A DNA stretch of 64,000 nt from Bacteroidales bacterium (GCA_014860585.1 JACZJL010000027.1:10242-74241); one strand, 5' to 3'. Counted from the first letter of the stretch, positions 1 through 10,879 are shown. Numbers and translations: made by a program. The notes: generated by a model from the letters alone, not told the origin.

Positions 1-2
1 TG

Positions 3-719
3 CTTGTATTCATTGGCCACTGCAGCAACGTTAGAGGCAGTGAGCGGAATAAAAGCGAGCGACCAGTAATTTTTACCGTTCAGGTCTGAAGTGTAAACGT
101 TACCCGTTTGTGTCCATGTACTGCCGGTGGGAGCGTAAATGGCGAAATCGGCGCCGTTGCGCGCATCCACCACGAGGATCATTTCATTGGAAACGGTCAC
201 TGTACCCTGATTCACTGTTACCCGGGCCACGTCGCTCTGATTTTTGGTAAAATACAAAAATGGCATTCCAACTCCTGCAGTAGCCTGGAAACGACGCGTT
301 CCATCGTTCCAGTCAAACGTTACCGTCCAGTCGGAATAATCAGAAACCTTGGTAGTGGTGGCTGACAAACCTGAAACGCCCACAATCACCGGCTGAATGT
401 CGTCAATCGGGCCAAAGGGAATGTAGGTTACCAAAAGCCCCTGCGGGGTCGTTTTCATAGTAAAAGGATAATTAAAAAGATTGGAGGCCTGGCCGGTCTT
501 TGCCACTGCCGACCACCAGTCGTTGGTTGGAACGGGTTTACCCACAGCATTTCCGCTCAGGTGCGGAGTGCCTGAAGGATAAGTGTTCCTGCCAGCCGGA
601 TCCACGCCGGGGAAAACGGTAGTATAGCTACCGTTCCCGACCTGGACAAATTGTCCAAACCCTTGCTGCACCAATGCAATAAGCAGAATGCTCAGGATAA
701 TTATTATTGTTTTTTTCAT
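3..719 (-). CDS. GH81-family endo-1,3-beta-glucanase, N-terminal part (runs off the window edge; absent from ORF track)
   Basis: Manual translation from ATG at 719: MKKTIIIILSILLIALVQQGFGQFVQVGNGSYTTVFPG...GKPVPTNDWWS...VSDYSDWTVT...GMPFLYF, open to position 3. Signal peptide plus PTNDWWS and GMPF motifs typical of bacterial GH81. Confidence 0.8.
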   Translation of the reverse strand, partial: MKKTIIIILSILLIALVQQGFGQFVQVGNGSYTTVFPGVDPAGRNTYPSGTPHLSGNAVGKPVPTNDWWSAVAKTGQASNLFNYPFTMKTTPQGLLVTYIPFGPIDDIQPVIVGVSGLSATTTKVSDYSDWTVTFDWNDGTRRFQATAGVGMPFLYFTKNQSDVARVTVNQGTVTVSNEMILVVDARNGADFAIYAPTGSTWTQTGNVYTSDLNGKNYWSLAFIPLTASNVAAVANEYK

Positions 720-821
720 TGTTAAATCCTTTCTGTGTTTTGCATTGCTGCAGGTTAAAGGTTTGTTAGTTCAAATTAAATTATTTATCTAAAAAATATT
801 AAATATCAATTGGTTCCAATA

Positions 822-3800
822 TTAAGGAGCACAAACCGGGAATGTAAGCGTGAAACCGGCAGTTGAATAAATATAATATGCTTTGCCGGGGACAAGTTGC
901 CCGAGAGTTGTGATTCCGTTTTCAGGCCATGCAAGATTGTATCCGGCGATCTCCTTGATCATGATGATCTCACTGTGGGCATCAGTTAAATCCTGCACCG
1001 AAACTTCGCAGGCGCTCAATACCGGCAGATAAGACCAGCCCGATGGAACACTTATGGTAGAACCAGCCATTTCTGCGCCTGAGAAAGTAATCTGTGCAGG
1101 AGCGTTCATTTTGACAGCATATCCATTTTGCGGTTCCCAATTGATTAGGGTGTTGGTTCCGATTTCGGGATAATAGAAGCCATTCTGGCCAACAAGGATA
1201 ATTAATTCATCCTCAAATGGCGCCAGTAAATCTTCCAACGCGGGATTGGCAGGGATCACATAACTTGAAATACCACTCCAGCCGGCATTGAGCTGAATAG
1301 CCTGCTCAACCGGAACATCCAGCAAATTGATGTCATCAAAATAAAACAAGCCGGGTTCCAGGTGACCTTCGCCCCCAAATTGAACCACAACCTGGTCGTA
1401 ATTCACGCTATCGGCTACAAAGCTGAAGTCGAAAACAAGGGTCAGCCATTGATCAAAATCATTCACTTCATGATAAAATACTGACTGTGTAGTGTAGGCT
1501 AATGCTCCAAGTAGGCTGTTTTGCAATTTAAGCTCAATTTTTGGTAAAAGAGCGCCGGTATAATTGTTGGATGAAGGAAAATATACTTTCATCTCAAACT
1601 TGTTCCGCTCCGTCAGATCCATCCTGTGTTCGAGGATAAACTGCGCATTAGTGTATTGAAAAGTGCCTGATCTGTCGTATTCAGCCACATTGTTACCGGC
1701 ATTAACAGGATCAGCAACCACAACCAACGGCATCAGACCCGGATCCTGGAAAAACCATTCGCTGATGGTAGCATAGCCGTCGTCTTCGAAATTATCCTGA
1801 ACGTCAAGCGCAAGTAAAGGCTTGTAGAGGGCAATGCCGGTTGGAGGCGGCCCCATCAGTTCATCGAAGAAAAAGGTGTTGTTGGTATTGCTGCCAAAAT
1901 CGAAGAAGACGATGATACGATCGTACAGATCAGACTCAGCACCGGCAAAGTCGAAAATCAGTTGCTGCCATACATCAGGCGTTGTAACTGAAGCGGTACG
2001 TTCCTGGAAAAGGGCAGGATTTGTAGAGTTCTCCAGTTTGAGCAACACCTCGCAGGCCACCGGTGCATGAACTTTCAGCAGGAAGATGCTGGAATTGCTG
2101 AAATTCACCGTTGCATCGAGCAAAGTATAAATATTGGCAAAGGCCTCGCCCGATCTCTCCCATGAGCCAACAGTCGGGCTGGTGTTGATCCCTGAAATAT
2201 CTGGGTTTGCAACTGCTGCCGGGTCATTCGGCCAGCCTGAAAATTCAACATTTACGTTGTCATCAAAATCGATGTATATATAATCGGGCAGCACCAGTTC
2301 AGAAACGCTGATGTAATGGTATTTAGTGATTTGATCCGACAGGAAAGTTGTCTGGGCTTTTAGGTAAACGGTGTAATTGCCTGGTGATTCGTAGGTGTAT
2401 GTAGGATTTTTCAATTGTGAGTCAATAACACCATCACCATTAAAATCCCATCTCCATCCGGTTGGCGAACCTGTTGAGAGATCGGTAAACTGCACAGTCA
2501 AGGGTGAATATCCGGAGAGAGGTTCGGCAGAAAAGTTAGCTTCAATACCTGTGATGGGACCCAAAAGTCTGAAATCATCAAAATAAAACTGTGCCGGTAT
2601 GTTGTGGCCTTCGCCGCCAAGTTGAATCACGATCTGGTCATAATCCTCAATATCTTTGGCTTCAATGAAATTAAAGGTAAGCGTCACCCACTGGTCAAAA
2701 AGAGTCACCGGTTGAATAATCTCAGTCTGGGTTGTCCAGGCATTTGCACCAAGTAAGCTGTTCTGCAATTTAATGGCTGCCGTTGGAGTCAGATCACCCT
2801 GGTAATTATTCGAGGAAGGGAAATATACTTTCATCGAAAACTTGCGGCGGGCAGTAAGATCCATTCGATGGTCGAGTTCGACTTTGGCATTTGTGTATAG
2901 GAAATTTCCTGAACGGTTATAATCAGCCACATTGTTTGAAGCATTTACCGGATCCTGGGTTATGGTCAGATCGGTTGGAGTGTCTGCATCCTGGAATTTC
3001 CAGCCAGAAACAGTTGCATAGCCATCGTTTTCAAAATTATCCTGAACATCCAGTGCCAGGTAAGGCTTAGGCTCTACAATCTCACAAACTGCTGCAAAAG
3101 GAACAGTGATATTTGCCTGGTTCAATTGCCAGTTGCCACCAAAAGATACCTTGCTCCACAACACATTTAAGATCACATCCTCAGGAGGAGTTCCTGCCCA
3201 GGTCAGCGTCCTGCTAATTTTTCCAGGTACAGAAAAATTCTCCTCTGAAATAGTAGCACCACTGCCACCTTCAACAATTAGCAGATCAACGGGATCATCA
3301 TTTGCAGATTCTATTTCCACAATCATTGATGCAACGCCTGTATTGGCTATGGTGAGATAAATGGCAGAAGCCAGTTCGGCGGGATTGCCAAAGTGCCACA
3401 CTTCGGTTTCGCAATAGTCTGACAAAGGAACGGCGCCAGCCACAGTGAAGGCAATGGAGTAAGTTTTATTCACACTTCCATTGGCTGATGTTACCACAAC
3501 ATCAGTTGTTCCGGGCAATGCTGCCGCATTGTTCACCACATGGCTGGCCAATGGGTCGGTTGTTGTAGCTGTAACCTCAGGGACTTCAGTTGTTCCTTCG
3601 GGCAACACAACCGAATAGTTTAGAACAGCAGGTGAAAACCCTTCGACGGTCTCCCCATCTACCTGAAGATCACTTAACGTGGCATCGAATCCCGGTCCGG
3701 CGGGACTTTTCCAGAAATACCAGTTATCAAACCATACATCACCATTCCCCACTACTTTAAATTGAAATATTTCTGAAAGGTTAACAGGCGGACTGAATGA

Positions 3801-5447
3801 TTCTAAAGGAATGTCAATACTAACCCAGGTTTCGGGGGTGATATCCAGAACAAATCCTTCTTCCATTGGGCCTGGGCTGATCAGAAAGAATTCGAGGCTG
3901 GTGGAGTTGGAAGTCCAGAAATCAAGGTGGAAATTTTCATATTCAGAAACATCCAGACTTACCAATTCCGTTCCCTGGAAATCCAAACCCTGATATCTTA
4001 ATGTATTGTTTCCTGCAATGGAGTAATCAAGGGTAACAATGGTTTGCTGCCCCCAGAAGGGATTGAAATTGGTTCCCGGCTGATCATCGTATGCATCGCT
4101 GTAGATCGAAATCACGTCTTCTGCAGCATGGGTCGGTATGGGCGGAGCTGTTGAGGGCTCAGGACTCATGACGGTGAAGTGGACATTGTACGTCAGCGTT
4201 GTTGTTTCATCTTGTGAAGTAACAACCAACGAAGTTGTTCCGGGAAGGGCCGGAGCGGGGTTAATCACAAGGGCTGCTGCAGGATTGGTTGTAGTTGCAG
4301 TAACTTCAGGTACGATAGTGGTTCCATAGGGCAAAGCCACATTGTAGTTCAACACGGTAGGAGCAAAGCCAGGCACAGTGACATCATCCACCTTCAGGTC
4401 GCTCAATGTAGCATCTGAGGCAAATCCTGTCGGGTTTTTCCAGAAATACCAATTGTCAAAATAGACCGTACCGTTTCCAACAACTTTAAATTGAAAGACA
4501 TTGGCAAGATTCACCGGTGGGGTGAAAAAACTCAACGGAATGTCCACACTCACCCAGTTTTCCTGGGTTATGGTTAATGGAAAGGGCTTTTCTGAGGTAG
4601 GATTGGCACTGATCAGATTGAAGGCCAACGCTGTTGCATTGGGTGTCCAGAAATCCACGTGCAGGAATTCGTACAACGAAACATCCTGATTGGTGTATTG
4701 GGTGCCCTGATAGTTCAGGTTTTGGTATCTCAGCGTTTTGTTGCCGGCAGCAAGATAGTCCACAGTTACAGTGGTTGATTGCCCCCAGTTTGGGTTAAAA
4801 TTTGTTCCCGGAATGTTGGTATAGGCCTCGCTGTAGATGGATATTACATTTTCCTGGCTGTGGGGAGGTAGCGGAGGAACGGTGGTAGGTTCAGGCAGTG
4901 GCCCCTGCACTACGCCATCAGGAACCTGGATGTTGTCGAAGTATATGATACGATCGGCTGGGCGCGGCGTAGTGACAAAATCAGGGATAATCACAATCCT
5001 GTTAAAGGTCTTCCCTATGTGTGCCGAAAAGTTAAAAGTGATCTCCTGCCATTGATTGATCAGCGTATTGGGTATTTGTATTTCAACTGCAGGGCTCACT
5101 CCTTCAAATTTCATCCCGATATTGCTGATGTTAGGTTTGAAAACCATGATCTTAACTATAGCATTGGAAGCATCGAAAGTAAACTGGCCGTCATCGTTGG
5201 TATAACAAAGAGCCCAGTTGGCTCCACCTTGCTTGGCAATAAATTTGGCAACAGTAGGTGAAGTATTGATTCCTCCCATTACCGGGTTGGCGATAAATTC
5301 CAAAGGAGGATTAGTAAGGTTTTCTCCTACAACCCAAAGCCAGTCTGCCCCTACGCCTGAGGGCTCGAAGTTAATCGTATGTGTAATTTGCTGCGCATAA
5401 GCACCATACGTAAAAAGCATGATGATAGAAAGTATCAGATTTTTCAT
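822..5447 (-). CDS. Large secreted modular protein (1541 aa): repeated CBM-like modules, two cadherin-like beta-sandwiches, one PKD domain, no recognisable catalytic domain
   Basis: Start moved to MKNLILSIIMLF (ATG 5447, signal peptide). Internal repeats VISIYSxAY..GTNFNPxWGQ x2, DATLSDLxVD x2, LALDVQDNFExDG x2; PKD motif ANFSAEPLSGYSPLTVQFTDLS..WRWDF. Confidence 0.8.
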   Translation of the reverse strand: MKNLILSIIMLFTYGAYAQQITHTINFEPSGVGADWLWVVGENLTNPPLEFIANPVMGGINTSPTVAKFIAKQGGANWALCYTNDDGQFTFDASNAIVKIMVFKPNISNIGMKFEGVSPAVEIQIPNTLINQWQEITFNFSAHIGKTFNRIVIIPDFVTTPRPADRIIYFDNIQVPDGVVQGPLPEPTTVPPLPPHSQENVISIYSEAYTNIPGTNFNPNWGQSTTVTVDYLAAGNKTLRYQNLNYQGTQYTNQDVSLYEFLHVDFWTPNATALAFNLISANPTSEKPFPLTITQENWVSVDIPLSFFTPPVNLANVFQFKVVGNGTVYFDNWYFWKNPTGFASDATLSDLKVDDVTVPGFAPTVLNYNVALPYGTTIVPEVTATTTNPAAALVINPAPALPGTTSLVVTSQDETTTLTYNVHFTVMSPEPSTAPPIPTHAAEDVISIYSDAYDDQPGTNFNPFWGQQTIVTLDYSIAGNNTLRYQGLDFQGTELVSLDVSEYENFHLDFWTSNSTSLEFFLISPGPMEEGFVLDITPETWVSIDIPLESFSPPVNLSEIFQFKVVGNGDVWFDNWYFWKSPAGPGFDATLSDLQVDGETVEGFSPAVLNYSVVLPEGTTEVPEVTATTTDPLASHVVNNAAALPGTTDVVVTSANGSVNKTYSIAFTVAGAVPLSDYCETEVWHFGNPAELASAIYLTIANTGVASMIVEIESANDDPVDLLIVEGGSGATISEENFSVPGKISRTLTWAGTPPEDVILNVLWSKVSFGGNWQLNQANITVPFAAVCEIVEPKPYLALDVQDNFENDGYATVSGWKFQDADTPTDLTITQDPVNASNNVADYNRSGNFLYTNAKVELDHRMDLTARRKFSMKVYFPSSNNYQGDLTPTAAIKLQNSLLGANAWTTQTEIIQPVTLFDQWVTLTFNFIEAKDIEDYDQIVIQLGGEGHNIPAQFYFDDFRLLGPITGIEANFSAEPLSGYSPLTVQFTDLSTGSPTGWRWDFNGDGVIDSQLKNPTYTYESPGNYTVYLKAQTTFLSDQITKYHYISVSELVLPDYIYIDFDDNVNVEFSGWPNDPAAVANPDISGINTSPTVGSWERSGEAFANIYTLLDATVNFSNSSIFLLKVHAPVACEVLLKLENSTNPALFQERTASVTTPDVWQQLIFDFAGAESDLYDRIIVFFDFGSNTNNTFFFDELMGPPPTGIALYKPLLALDVQDNFEDDGYATISEWFFQDPGLMPLVVVADPVNAGNNVAEYDRSGTFQYTNAQFILEHRMDLTERNKFEMKVYFPSSNNYTGALLPKIELKLQNSLLGALAYTTQSVFYHEVNDFDQWLTLVFDFSFVADSVNYDQVVVQFGGEGHLEPGLFYFDDINLLDVPVEQAIQLNAGWSGISSYVIPANPALEDLLAPFEDELIILVGQNGFYYPEIGTNTLINWEPQNGYAVKMNAPAQITFSGAEMAGSTISVPSGWSYLPVLSACEVSVQDLTDAHSEIIMIKEIAGYNLAWPENGITTLGQLVPGKAYYIYSTAGFTLTFPVCAP

Positions 5448-5514
5448 TTTCGATAATATTTCTTTTGTATGTAATAATGATTTAAAAACCGGATTTGACC
5501 GTAAAACAAGGTAA

Positions 5515-5550
5515 TATTCCGGCTCAGTGATTAATTGCTGAGCCGGAATA
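5515..5550 (-). terminator. Intergenic stem-loop (terminator or mRNA-stabilising hairpin)
   Basis: Perfect 13-bp inverted repeat TATTCCGGCTCAG / CTGAGCCGGAATA just after the 5557 stop; no long U tract. Confidence 0.5.
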
Positions 5551-5556
5551 ATCCAT

Positions 5557-7347
5557 TTATTGTACAACTACTTTGTTAACATACTGCAAACCATCATATC
5601 CAGTGGCTTTGATCGAATAAATACCTTTTGGCAAACTACTCACCGAAATCTGTTGCGGTACATCGTTGAAGTTCATCACCCTTTGTCCGGTGATATTAAA
5701 AACTTCCACCGTTTTCAGGTGATCAGAATTGGTTATCCTAAAGTAGGTATTCGCAGGATTTGGACTGATATCAAGTTTTGAGATTTCATTACTTGAAATC
5801 CCAACCGGGTTGAGCAGTTCGATATCATCAAAATAGAATTGTGCCGGAACAAAATGTCCTTCACCGCCAAATTGCACCACAACCTGGTCGTAATCAGTTC
5901 TGTCGGAAACGGAGCTGAAGTCAAATTGCAACGTTACCCATTCATCAAGAGCAGTGACGTCCTGTAATATTTCAGTTTGTGTAGTCCAGGCATTTCCACC
6001 CAAAAGGCTGTTTTGCAGTTTGATTGCTGCTTTTTGGGTAAGGCCGCCTGTATAATTGTTAGTAGAAGGGAATAACACCCTGATTTGAAAGATATTCCTT
6101 ACGGTCAAATCCATACGGTGTTCAAGGATAAACTGCGCATTTGTCCATTCAAATGAGCCTGAACGCGTATAGTTGGCTACATGGTTCGCTGCGTTTAACG
6201 GGTCATTAACGATGGTAAGATCCACGAGCTCCGGATCTTGAAATTTCCATGAAGGGATTGTTCCCCAGCCGTCATTTTCAAAATTGTCCTGTACATCTGC
6301 TGCCATAAGAGGCTTTTCGGGGTTTTCACCGGCAAAGGCCATGTTGTCCCAGTAATAAGTTTGTTCGCCGGCAACTGAGCCAGGTGTATCAAAGTTAAAA
6401 AAGATGGAGGCTTTGTTGTAGCTGTAACCAAAGTTGATCTCGGCTGTTCCGGGGGCTTCATTCATAAAGTCGAACGTAATCGTTTCCCACGCGTTGGCAA
6501 CTGTGGTGTTTGTTTCAGTCTCAACACTGATGTTGGGATCGTTGTATGCTTCCACTTTCAAACGGATCGGCGTTCCGGCAGTCGGCGACCAAACGTCCAC
6601 AGTCATTAAGGTTGAGCCGGGAACAAAGGGAATTGGGGTGGGGAAACCGGCAGTACCGCCGACAGTGGTGCCTGCCCAAGGCTCAGCAAGAGCAGTTTTG
6701 ATGGTTTTTGCAACTGTATTCGACGGATTGGTTGGATCAGTAACAATCTCAGAGAAATTTCCACCAAAGTCAATCAGGCCGTAATTAATCAAAGGATCTT
6801 CAAAGGTTACAGGCAGAACAACCGGATTGGAAGGACCACCTCCGCTGTACTCAGGACCTGTAACATCATCAAAAAAGAAAGTGTTATCAGTGGTGGTAGC
6901 AAAATCAAAAAAGATGACAATCTTGTCATAAACTCCTGAAGAAGCAGTGGCAAAATTGAAGTTCAGTTGCACCCATTGATTGGGAGTAGTGATGTTTTGA
7001 GGTACTTCAACGAAGATGGCGCCATTGTTTTTGTCTTCCAGCTTAAAAAGGACGACGCATGCAATTGGCGACCATACTTTTAACGAAAAAGTCTGACCTG
7101 TGGTAAAATCAATTTTACCATCAAGAAGTAAATAGGCATGTGCCCATTGCTCGGTGGTACGCACCCATTGGCCAACATTGGCACTGGTGTTAATGCCGGA
7201 TGGATTGGGGTTGGCTACAACAGTTGGCGCATTTGGCCAACCAAGGAAAGTTTCGTTTTGATTTGCATCAAAATCGTTGTAAATGTATTGTGCCTGAGCT
7301 GTTACAGCAAAGAACACAATGGCTAAGATTAAGTGAATCTTCTTCAT
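5557..7347 (-). CDS. T9SS-secreted protein with three CBM-like modules (putative beta-glucan-binding protein)
   Basis: Signal peptide; modules homologous to those in 822-5447 and 27379-29421; T9SS type A C-terminal domain (ISPNPA...VFNITGQ...LPKGIY...KVVVQ). Confidence 0.8.
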   Translation of the reverse strand: MKKIHLILAIVFFAVTAQAQYIYNDFDANQNETFLGWPNAPTVVANPNPSGINTSANVGQWVRTTEQWAHAYLLLDGKIDFTTGQTFSLKVWSPIACVVLFKLEDKNNGAIFVEVPQNITTPNQWVQLNFNFATASSGVYDKIVIFFDFATTTDNTFFFDDVTGPEYSGGGPSNPVVLPVTFEDPLINYGLIDFGGNFSEIVTDPTNPSNTVAKTIKTALAEPWAGTTVGGTAGFPTPIPFVPGSTLMTVDVWSPTAGTPIRLKVEAYNDPNISVETETNTTVANAWETITFDFMNEAPGTAEINFGYSYNKASIFFNFDTPGSVAGEQTYYWDNMAFAGENPEKPLMAADVQDNFENDGWGTIPSWKFQDPELVDLTIVNDPLNAANHVANYTRSGSFEWTNAQFILEHRMDLTVRNIFQIRVLFPSTNNYTGGLTQKAAIKLQNSLLGGNAWTTQTEILQDVTALDEWVTLQFDFSSVSDRTDYDQVVVQFGGEGHFVPAQFYFDDIELLNPVGISSNEISKLDISPNPANTYFRITNSDHLKTVEVFNITGQRVMNFNDVPQQISVSSLPKGIYSIKATGYDGLQYVNKVVVQ

Positions 7348-7411
7348 AGGTTTAAAATTTAAAGTTAGTAAATGAATTTGTTTGAGTTTTTAATTATACG
7401 TTATGCTAAAA

Positions 7412-10400
7412 TTATTTCTTAGTTTTTAATGACACTTCCACCCTTTCAATCTCGCCATTTCGGCTGAAGACCATGCTGCTGATCCGGGGGTTCAATTTGC
7501 GGCCGGCAACTTCCTCGGTACTTCCATCGGCATAAAATACAGTGATTGTGTCTTTTGCTGAAAAGTTGAGCAATATTGGTGTGAGGCAGAAAGTAAATCC
7601 AATCTGTCCTTTGATGAGCGATAACTGCACCGGCTCGCCATTTATAGAATAAAATTCAAATTTCTGGTTCTTTTCGAGAATTTCTTCCTCATTCACCAAA
7701 GCCGGCTCAAAAACAATACTTCCATTGCTAATGGAAAGTGCAAGCTCACCAAGCCGGGCAATCACATCCTCTTTTACCTGGCCGGTAAGACCCGGTTGTT
7801 TTGCACCTGAATTCGCAGGCGTGTGCGAATGGGCATCCGTTGGGAATGCGCCATATAATTCCGGGTTTTTATACAACCCGATACCGGCTTTAATTTCGTA
7901 ATAGTGCTGTTTCAACTGACCGATGATTTTAGAACTGGCGCCTTCAGCCACGGCCTGGAAAAAACATTCCTGTGCAGCCAGCAGCAGCTTTGAAACCATG
8001 TGCCAGTATATCGAACCCAGTCCTTCGTAACCGAAAAATGTCCCCGATCGTCCGGTGAATGATTGATGATCGAAAACTTCTTCGTAAATGGCCAGAATTT
8101 TCTCCTTTTCCTCCTCAACCAGTTGACTATAACCACTTGCTTTCAAATTTCCCAGAGACAGCTCAAGCACACCGGCATTACGAAAAGTACTGTTGAAGTG
8201 ATACTCGCCCAGAGCGTCCTGTTGGATGATGTCGGCGTTTTTATCAGCTAATAATTTTTTCAGCAACGCAGATGATTCAACCAGCTCCTCAGGTATCCAG
8301 TTTTTCTCCATGAAACTATGCAAAATTCTGTTGGGATATAGCATGTAGCTGTACTGATCCTCTCTGAACATGTTACTTTTTTTCAACGCGTTGAGTACTT
8401 CGAGGTTCTCTTCGCTGCTGAGAAGTCCCGAGCTGAGCACGGCCACCTGTCCTTCGAGCATTTCATAAAGGTGGCGTATTTCGATTCCATCCTGTTTTAC
8501 CGAAATTAAATTGTACGCGTGATAAAGTGCATCTTTACGTCTGTTGGCTCTGATGGAATGATCAATGTAATGGAGGCAAACCTTGAAAAAGGCTACTATA
8601 TTTTTTACCGGGATCTGGCGTCTCACACCTGAAAAAGAGTAGGTATAGATTTCGTTGCGGTACTTTGCATGCGCTTTTCCAAGGAATTCGATAAAGCGAA
8701 GGCGGTCAGCACCTGAAAAATTAGCATTGAGCAGTTTTGTGTTTTCATCGAGGAACTGGTGAATATTTTCGAGCAGGGAGGCAACCTCTTCCGAAATGCT
8801 CACACTGCTGAACGACACACTGCTAAGCTTATCATCCCAGAAATGCAGAAACCGGCGCAGGTAATATAGTGTTACCATTGATGTTCCATTTCCGACCAAA
8901 GCATTGTTGGCATCGTTCCATTCCGGGCGCTGGGTGTTGAGCCAAATACCTGCTTCCGGAATAAAATTGCTCAATTTTGATAGCAGGGGAACCAGGATTT
9001 TTTCGGTGAGGTTTACCCTATAGATTTGGTTATCCTGTTTGTTTTTGAGCAAACTGGCATCTGCGCCGAGGTAGGCCGCTTCGGTTTTGATCTTATGGTT
9101 GAGATCGAAATCAAACACTACAGTGTCCTTTGGGTTGCGCATGATATCTTCAAACGGTTTGATCCGGTAAGGCACATTGGCGTAGGCGTAAATATCGCTT
9201 GTAAGGAGACGCTCCAGTTTACCCGGATGGAAATTGAACGATAGTTCGAGCAATTTCTGAAGGTATATGATCTGATGATCCCCCCAGTAGCCGATATAAG
9301 CCCAAGGGTCATCGGGTTCGGGTACTTCCCAGTCAATACCGTCGCGCATAATGCGGTAAGGGTTGTATCCGTCAATGGTTGAGGAATTTACGAATTTGGA
9401 GATGATGCCTTCAGTAAATTCGGGGAATGAGTAGCAAAGGGCTTCCCAGTTTTGGAAAATGTCGCGCCAATTGCCCTCGTAGTAATATTTCACCGAACCA
9501 TCTTCGTTTTTGGTTTCGATGGAAAACCTGTTCCAGGGGCGGCTCGGATCGCCATGGCGACGGCTGAAGGTCAGGGGGAGGTATTCACCTGCAATTCTGA
9601 TCAAATCGGCATTATTGGTTTTTTCGGCATGTTTTGTCAAATCGTAATAAGTAAAGCTCTCGGGAAGTTTTTCGAGCCAGTTTTGGAATTCTTTACTCAG
9701 TAAACGATTGATCTGCGAGAGATAGAGTTTAAAATCAGCCTTATCTACCTGATAATTGTTTACAAAAACACCACCCCTCATGATGTTAAAGAGGGTATTG
9801 GTATAATGACGGGCACAGCACATCTCGGTATTGGTTACCTGAAAACCATCAGCCAGCGAAACCATACGCTTCAGGTTTTCTGTTCCCTTCAGGATGTTAG
9901 CAAGGATCAGTTCAACGGGATTCCTGGTGTTGAGGATAAAATGATCCAGATTGGCCACATCAGTATTGCTCTGGTTGATTTCAGCTATTGTAAACCAACG
10001 TCTTTGGTCGTTTGCCTTCAGGCTGATCTTTGAATTGACAAAATAAGCGCCGCGGGCGCCTCGGATATTTTCTTCAGTTTCGACAGCTTCGCCTCTGATA
10101 AAATTATTGACCTGGTGTTCCGAAACCAGAACATTAACCATCTCTCCCAACCCGGTTGTCCAAACAGAGGTTGCAAAAAGCGCTTCACTGGGTTCGGCGC
10201 GGTCAACCGGAATGGCGCTGAGCATAAACAGTCCTAACGAACTATCCTCGGCCTTTTCACTCTTTTTGTAGGCGTCAACCAGGTTGCTGTATTCATTTTG
10301 AAATGCGTAGCCTACACCGCTGGGAAGCACATTCTTCAGCCCATCCAGTAGGTCAACAGAAACCGGTTTCTCCGAAATATTGACAAGTATGGATTCTTTT

Positions 10401-10879
10401 ACAAACCCAAACCGCTCACTGTTGTACCATCCATATCTGAAACGCAACCCAAGATCATTATTGATCTCTTCGAAAATGATTTTATTGCCGTAACTACTCT
10501 TGTAAATGTTTCTGGCAGTGTTGTAAAATCTCAGCGAGTTATCGGTGAAAGGTTCCCACAGCGATGTTTTACCGTCCTTTTTTACCAGAAAGTAAGACCT
10601 GCTTCCGGTTTTTCCTTTGTAGTCATGGATTTTGTCGTCGGTATAATACGGAAATAGCGCATTATCGCGATCTTTTCGCCCAGCCGACACCGAGCCGTTG
10701 CTTGAGATAAACATCCAGTGGTCTGAATCACTCACAATGCTGATAAAAAAATCAGGCATTTCATGATAATTCCTTATCTGGTAGAATTCCTCCCCATCAA
10801 TTTCTACAAATTGCCCTGTAACAGGCATTGGTTTAAAATTGATCTCACTGTTTCCCAGAAATATGGCTTGGTTTTTCAT
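7412..10879 (-). CDS. GH149-like beta-1,3-glucan phosphorylase
   Basis: 1155 aa, no signal peptide. Motifs SDSDHWMFISSNG, LPLTFSRRHGDPSRPWN, YEGNWRDIFQNWE, YEGLGSIYWHMVSKL, size and beta-glucan PUL context match GH149. Confidence 0.8.
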   Translation of the reverse strand: MKNQAIFLGNSEINFKPMPVTGQFVEIDGEEFYQIRNYHEMPDFFISIVSDSDHWMFISSNGSVSAGRKDRDNALFPYYTDDKIHDYKGKTGSRSYFLVKKDGKTSLWEPFTDNSLRFYNTARNIYKSSYGNKIIFEEINNDLGLRFRYGWYNSERFGFVKESILVNISEKPVSVDLLDGLKNVLPSGVGYAFQNEYSNLVDAYKKSEKAEDSSLGLFMLSAIPVDRAEPSEALFATSVWTTGLGEMVNVLVSEHQVNNFIRGEAVETEENIRGARGAYFVNSKISLKANDQRRWFTIAEINQSNTDVANLDHFILNTRNPVELILANILKGTENLKRMVSLADGFQVTNTEMCCARHYTNTLFNIMRGGVFVNNYQVDKADFKLYLSQINRLLSKEFQNWLEKLPESFTYYDLTKHAEKTNNADLIRIAGEYLPLTFSRRHGDPSRPWNRFSIETKNEDGSVKYYYEGNWRDIFQNWEALCYSFPEFTEGIISKFVNSSTIDGYNPYRIMRDGIDWEVPEPDDPWAYIGYWGDHQIIYLQKLLELSFNFHPGKLERLLTSDIYAYANVPYRIKPFEDIMRNPKDTVVFDFDLNHKIKTEAAYLGADASLLKNKQDNQIYRVNLTEKILVPLLSKLSNFIPEAGIWLNTQRPEWNDANNALVGNGTSMVTLYYLRRFLHFWDDKLSSVSFSSVSISEEVASLLENIHQFLDENTKLLNANFSGADRLRFIEFLGKAHAKYRNEIYTYSFSGVRRQIPVKNIVAFFKVCLHYIDHSIRANRRKDALYHAYNLISVKQDGIEIRHLYEMLEGQVAVLSSGLLSSEENLEVLNALKKSNMFREDQYSYMLYPNRILHSFMEKNWIPEELVESSALLKKLLADKNADIIQQDALGEYHFNSTFRNAGVLELSLGNLKASGYSQLVEEEKEKILAIYEEVFDHQSFTGRSGTFFGYEGLGSIYWHMVSKLLLAAQECFFQAVAEGASSKIIGQLKQHYYEIKAGIGLYKNPELYGAFPTDAHSHTPANSGAKQPGLTGQVKEDVIARLGELALSISNGSIVFEPALVNEEEILEKNQKFEFYSINGEPVQLSLIKGQIGFTFCLTPILLNFSAKDTITVFYADGSTEEVAGRKLNPRISSMVFSRNGEIERVEVSLKTKK

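Noticed and set aside
108..365. 85-aa plus-strand ORF
   Set aside because: Lies opposite the GH81 reading frame.
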